From positions 800,001-864,000 of the forward strand of contig CAWHFW010000002.1 of NCBI GenBank assembly GCA_963828735.1: a DNA stretch of 64,000 nt, in the 5' to 3' direction. Under the pieces are notes generated by a model. The model saw nothing but the letters and a program-made list of their open reading frames with translations. It did no database searches and was not told the origin of the DNA. The position numbers and the translations under genes are program-made. The DNA comes from an uncultured Gemmatimonadales bacterium (GTDB taxonomy: Bacteria > Gemmatimonadota > Gemmatimonadetes > Gemmatimonadales > GWC2-71-9). Positions 59,784 through 64,000 of this stretch are shown piece by piece (within the stretch, counting starts at the first letter, position 1; the number at the start of each line of letters is the position of its first letter).

Positions 59784-62572
59784 CCATGCCCAGGCGTGCG
59801 GGTTTCCTGGCCCTCGCGGGCTTCGTCGGGATGGCGATCGCGAGCAGGTTGGCCGCTCAGACCGAGGGCGCCATCGGCGGCCGCGTCCGGGAGTCCGGCA
59901 CCGATCGCTCGCTCGGGGGCGCGCAGGTGCTCGTCGACAGCGTGGTCGGGGCGGTGACGGATACCGGGGGCTCCTACCGCGTCCGGGCCGTGCGCACCGG
60001 CTGGCATCGGGTGGCCGCGAGGCTCATCGGGTATCGCGGCATCGTGCTCGACAGCGTGTTCGTGCGCGCGGGTGCCACCGTCACGGCCGACTTCGCCCTC
60101 GAAGCCAGCGCCGTCGAGCTGGAGCCGCTCGTCGTGACGGTTCCCGTGGACGAGCTGCTCGATCCGCTGGCCACGAGCAGCGAGCAGAAGATCACCGCGG
60201 CCGACCTGCACGACTTGCCCGTCAGCTCGCTCGACGAGGCGATCGCGCTGAGCGCGGGGAGCGTCGGACAGAGCTATCGGGGCGGACGCCTCGGCGAAGA
60301 GTCGTTCATTCTCGACGGCATGGGTGTGAAGAATCAGCTCGACGCCTCTAACGGCGGCCTCGGCCTGACCATTCCGCCCGACATGCTGGGAGAGGCGTCG
60401 CTGGTGACCAACGCCTTCTCGGCCCGGTACGGGCAGGCCCTGTCGGGGCTCGTGAACGTCGTCACGCGCGAGCCCGGCCAGTCGTGGCAAGGCCGCGCCG
60501 CCATCGAGACGGACCGTCCGTTCGGCGGCGGGCAGGACCACGGCCTCGATCGCCTGGTGCTCAGCGGCGCGGGGCCGCTGGTCGGGCGCATCGGCTTGGT
60601 GGGAGCGCTCGATATCGCCGGACGCCTGGACGACGATCCCGTGAACGCACCACCACCCACCAACCCGCTCGATCCCCGCACGGAGCAGCCCAACCTGCTG
60701 CCCCACAACAGCGGCGAGCAATGGAACGGCGCGGCGAAGCTGGTGATCCCGGTGTCGTCCGCCGCGGTCGTACGGCTCTTCGGCGCCCACTCGGAGAATC
60801 AGCGGCTCCTGTACGATCAGACCTTCAAGTACGCCCTCGACTTCGCGCCCGCGCAGCGGGTTCGCGGCGATCTGGCGAACGCGCAGGTGCAGCTCCGAAC
60901 GTCCGCGACCTCGAGCTTCCCCGTGGTCGTGGACCTGCGCGCGCAGCGGTTCGTCCGCGAATTCCTCCGCGGCCAGCTCGACGGCACCGTGGATTACAAG
61001 TTCGGCGCCATCACGGGCTCGCGGTTCCACGTGGTCGGCGAGGATCAGGCGCGCGAGCTCTCGTCGAGCCCCGATCCGGTCCCCGGCCTCGCGGAGCCCA
61101 GCCTCAGCGACGCCACGCCGTGGGGCGTGCCGGCGCTCTTCCTGGCCGGGGGCTCGCGCGGTGATCTCGGATGGAACCGGTTCGGTGAGACGCGCTTCCA
61201 GATGGACGCCACCTACGGCGGAATCCGAAGTGTCGACCTCTTCGTCGGCGGACAGTACATCGCCCAGCAGGTGCGCAGCTACCAGCGCGTCTTCGGCTAC
61301 CTCCCCGTGGGCGCTGGCGATACGGTGCCACCGGTGGCGGTCTCGGACTTCTCGCCTCGCAGCCTGTCGGGCTATGTCGAAGCGCAAACGCGCGTGGGGG
61401 ATCTGGGCGTCACGGCCGGCCTCCGGTACGATGAGTTCGACCCGAAGACCGAGGAGGTGACGCAAGCCCGCGGCGCGCAGAGCAGCCTGAGCCCGCGCTT
61501 CGCCGTCTCGACCGTCCTGAGCGGCGCCACCTTCGTCGCGAGCTACGGCAAGTTCACCCAGCCGCCCGATTACCAATTCCTAGTGGACGCGGCCTTCGAC
61601 GACACCACCCGCACGGGACGGTTTCGCCACGGGAACCCCGACCTCGGCTTCGAGAAGGCCACCCAGTACGAGTTCAGCCTGCGCGTTCGGCTGCGCGAGG
61701 CGATCTCGCTTCGGATGGGGGTCTACTACAAGCGACTGGACGGTCTGGTGGCCTCGGTGCCCCTGGGCGTCAACCCGGATTCGAGCATCTTCGGGAACGC
61801 CGACGCGGGGACGACCAAGGGCCTTGAGATCCTCGCGGAGCGGGAGCTGCGGAACGGCTTCGGATTCCGCCTGGCGTACACGTTCCAGAACGCGAAGGCC
61901 ACGTCCACCGACCCCTTCCTGCTGAACCGTCTGATCGTGGTGGATCCGCAGACCGGCGACACCAGCCGGCCGGCTCGCGCCGAATTTCCCCTGGACTTCG
62001 ACCAGCGACACACGCTCACCGTCATCGGACGCGGCAAGGCACCGGACCAGGCAGGCCCGCGGATCTTCGGCGTGCGGCCGATCGGGGGACTGGAGGGGGC
62101 GGTGATCGTCCGGGTGCTGTCGGGCCTGCCCTATTCACTCACCGACACGCTCAACACCGACTCGATCGTGGGCCTGCCGAATAGTCAGCGGCTGCCGTGG
62201 CAGTCGACGGTGGACCTGCTGGTGCGGCGGCCGGTGCGCCTGGGGAGAACGCTGGGCGGGATCTATCTCGACATGCGGAACCTGCTCAACCAGAGGAACG
62301 TCGTCGCGGTCCGGCGCGACACGGGCGAGCCGCAGCCCAACGACGCCGCGATCGCCCGTCTCGCCGAGGCGGGCTACGCGGCCCACCCCGAGACCATTCC
62401 GTACGAATCCTCGCGCTACCGCCGCAACGCCGACCTGAACGGCGACGGCATGATCGCCGGACGCGAGGAGCTGTTCCCAATGTACGTCTCGGCTGCGCGG
62501 GACTACTCGCAGCCGCTGTTCGCCTACGGACCGCCCAGGCTGGTGCGCCTGGGCGTCGAGCTGTTCTTCTAG
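59780..62572 (+). CDS. TonB-dependent receptor with N-terminal carboxypeptidase-regulatory-like domain
   Basis: Signal peptide; G.I.GRV, RLIGY, RGGR.GE...DG plug, FSARYG..LSG.VN, NPDL..EK, terminal GVELFF. Confidence 0.92.
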   Translation: MTMPRRAGFLALAGFVGMAIASRLAAQTEGAIGGRVRESGTDRSLGGAQVLVDSVVGAVTDTGGSYRVRAVRTGWHRVAARLIGYRGIVLDSVFVRAGATVTADFALEASAVELEPLVVTVPVDELLDPLATSSEQKITAADLHDLPVSSLDEAIALSAGSVGQSYRGGRLGEESFILDGMGVKNQLDASNGGLGLTIPPDMLGEASLVTNAFSARYGQALSGLVNVVTREPGQSWQGRAAIETDRPFGGGQDHGLDRLVLSGAGPLVGRIGLVGALDIAGRLDDDPVNAPPPTNPLDPRTEQPNLLPHNSGEQWNGAAKLVIPVSSAAVVRLFGAHSENQRLLYDQTFKYALDFAPAQRVRGDLANAQVQLRTSATSSFPVVVDLRAQRFVREFLRGQLDGTVDYKFGAITGSRFHVVGEDQARELSSSPDPVPGLAEPSLSDATPWGVPALFLAGGSRGDLGWNRFGETRFQMDATYGGIRSVDLFVGGQYIAQQVRSYQRVFGYLPVGAGDTVPPVAVSDFSPRSLSGYVEAQTRVGDLGVTAGLRYDEFDPKTEEVTQARGAQSSLSPRFAVSTVLSGATFVASYGKFTQPPDYQFLVDAAFDDTTRTGRFRHGNPDLGFEKATQYEFSLRVRLREAISLRMGVYYKRLDGLVASVPLGVNPDSSIFGNADAGTTKGLEILAERELRNGFGFRLAYTFQNAKATSTDPFLLNRLIVVDPQTGDTSRPARAEFPLDFDQRHTLTVIGRGKAPDQAGPRIFGVRPIGGLEGAVIVRVLSGLPYSLTDTLNTDSIVGLPNSQRLPWQSTVDLLVRRPVRLGRTLGGIYLDMRNLLNQRNVVAVRRDTGEPQPNDAAIARLAEAGYAAHPETIPYESSRYRRNADLNGDGMIAGREELFPMYVSAARDYSQPLFAYGPPRLVRLGVELFF

Positions 62573-62579
62573 TCCGGCC

Positions 62580-63389
62580 TCACGCGGGCGGGGGCACCTC
62601 CCCCGGCGTCACGATGAACGGAGCGATGATCGCCTCGACATCCAACTGGGCGAGCGGCTCGTCGAAGGCCTCCGTAACCGCGTCCGCGTTGCCGAACGGC
62701 GTTACGTCCACGCCGAGCTGGATGGTGTTCTCCTCGCCAGTGTAGACGGCGGCCAATGCGCCGGTGGCCGAGTCGTTGCCCGTGATCCAGCCCTTGACAC
62801 CCGGCGACTGCGCGAGCCGTCGGATCGCCGCGGCGTGCCGCGCCTCGACCGAGTGGAGCCGAAGCACGGTCGTCACCACGGCGTCCTCGGCCTGTACCAC
62901 GGCCGCCTGCCCCTTGTAGGCCCTCACGCCGAGATCCTCGAATGCCTGCGCCACCGAGATGAAGGTCGTGGGGTTGGTGAACACGTCGTTGAAGGTGCCC
63001 CCGGCGGTGAAGTCGAACACCGGCTTGGTGATGGCCTTGTCCGGACCGCCGAGAATGGTCTGCAGGGTGGTGACGTGCGCGAGCTCCTGGTCGCGGATCT
63101 GCTCGAGGATCGTGAGCGCGTCGCCGACGTTCGCCGTAGGCAACCCGGTCACGTAGAACTCCGACTCCAGATATTCGAGGGTGAGCGCGAAGTTGAGCGC
63201 ATCGATGACTTCCTGGGGAATGTTGGCCTGCCCGAAGGCTCTCCTCGCCATCAGGCCGAAGGCCACCGGCATCGACGCCATTGCGACGATGCCCGCCCTC
63301 CTTCCGGTCTCGCGCAGCGCCTCGCGCCGGGAGACCACGCGGGTCACGAGCTCGGGATCGAGCCCGCCGAAAATCGTCTCGTCCGTCAT
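62580..63389 (-). CDS. Ferritin-like (Ferritin_2) domain protein with Tat-like leader
   Basis: SRREAL leader; LNFALTLEYLE.EFY, E.AH, FEDLGV.AY.G, SVEARHAA. Confidence 0.92.
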   Translation of the reverse strand: MTDETIFGGLDPELVTRVVSRREALRETGRRAGIVAMASMPVAFGLMARRAFGQANIPQEVIDALNFALTLEYLESEFYVTGLPTANVGDALTILEQIRDQELAHVTTLQTILGGPDKAITKPVFDFTAGGTFNDVFTNPTTFISVAQAFEDLGVRAYKGQAAVVQAEDAVVTTVLRLHSVEARHAAAIRRLAQSPGVKGWITGNDSATGALAAVYTGEENTIQLGVDVTPFGNADAVTEAFDEPLAQLDVEAIIAPFIVTPGEVPPPA

Positions 63390-63401
63390 GGTCACGGTCT
63401 C

Positions 63402-64000
63402 CTAGGTCGGAAGCTGCGAGGCGTCAATGGCCGTCACGATGAACGTATCGGCTTGCCCAAGCACCTGCGACGGGATGGCGTACTGGTCCAGGCCCGTATC
63501 CGGGTCGACCGTGAAGTCATTCGCGAACGCGTCGCTGTTCGGATTCTGCAGCAGTGCGAGTACCGCGGCATGCCGCGCCTCCACCGAGACGATCTTGCCG
63601 GCGGTCGTGAGGAAGTCGGGGTTTTCCAGCAGGAACCCCGCGCCGTTGTAGGCGCTCACGCCGAGGTTCTCGAACTGGATGGCCGCGTCGAGCACATGAC
63701 TCCGGTCCGTGAAATCCACGCTGGTAAAGTCGAACTCGAGATCCGGAATCGCGTCCGCGCCGAGCGCGGTCTTGAGGAAATCCCGGTGGATCACTTCGTG
63801 GTCCCGGATCTCGGTCAGCACCTGCTGCTCGTCCGCGGTGGCGCCCGCGTAGAACGCACCCACGACCGTCGTGTAGAACGCCGCCTCGAGTTGCTCCAGC
63901 GCGTAGGCGTAATTGAGCACGCCGACGTCGCCTGTCCCGAAATTCACCGGGCCGGCGACGACCGTGATCGTAAACGGGCTCCCGGAGATCGGGGCGCCGT
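63402..64000 (-). CDS. Ferritin-like domain protein, 5'-truncated, preceded in-frame by a filamin/Ig-like strand
   Basis: LNYAYALEQLEAAFY, HEVIH, FENLGVSAYNG, SVEARHAA; frame open to the window edge, reading GAPISGSPFTITV. Confidence 0.9.
   Translation of the reverse strand, partial: GAPISGSPFTITVVAGPVNFGTGDVGVLNYAYALEQLEAAFYTTVVGAFYAGATADEQQVLTEIRDHEVIHRDFLKTALGADAIPDLEFDFTSVDFTDRSHVLDAAIQFENLGVSAYNGAGFLLENPDFLTTAGKIVSVEARHAAVLALLQNPNSDAFANDFTVDPDTGLDQYAIPSQVLGQADTFIVTAIDASQLPT

Noticed and set aside
1..64000. CRISPR arrays, tRNA/rRNA, transposases, integrases, phage or defence genes
   Set aside because: No regularly spaced direct repeats or recognisable motifs seen by eye; small ncRNAs cannot be excluded without Infernal/tRNAscan

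Overview
High-GC (~70%) bacterial chromosomal window. Gene content (tandem ADOP permeases, TonB receptor, NtrC pair, protein style) suggests Gemmatimonadota; this is an inference. I saw no rRNA, tRNA, CRISPR array, transposase or phage genes. Layout: (1) 1-8.1 kb: end of an opp/dpp ABC operon, csbD, mscS, phzF-like, csaA and an M55 aminopeptidase with a frameshift. (2) 8.1-33.3 kb: a stress/carbohydrate-redox region. It holds an HbpS/GlcG-cupin-gluconolactonase operon, a Rieske-FAD oxidoreductase and two zf-HC2 anti-sigma genes. An ~11.8 kb operon encodes GH63, glycogen debranching enzyme, aquaporin, DM13, spondin, GMC oxidoreductase, VOC protein and glucose dehydrogenase. A winged-helix/UppS/DUF4153 cassette, mscL and GT4-GH57 follow. 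(3) 33.4-58.4 kb: one minus-strand unit with an adaptor, 3 ABC ATPases, 7 ADOP permeases, an NtrC/HK pair and an MBL-rhodanese. (4) 58.6-64 kb: beta-propeller lipoprotein, TonB-dependent receptor and two ferritin-like genes. The most notable non-annotated signal is five copies of an ECF-type promoter, GGAACC-N15-G-CRTT. They precede the region-2 transcription units and tie them into a putative SigR/SigH-like regulon. The cognate sigma gene seems to survive only as a collapsed remnant upstream of one anti-sigma gene.
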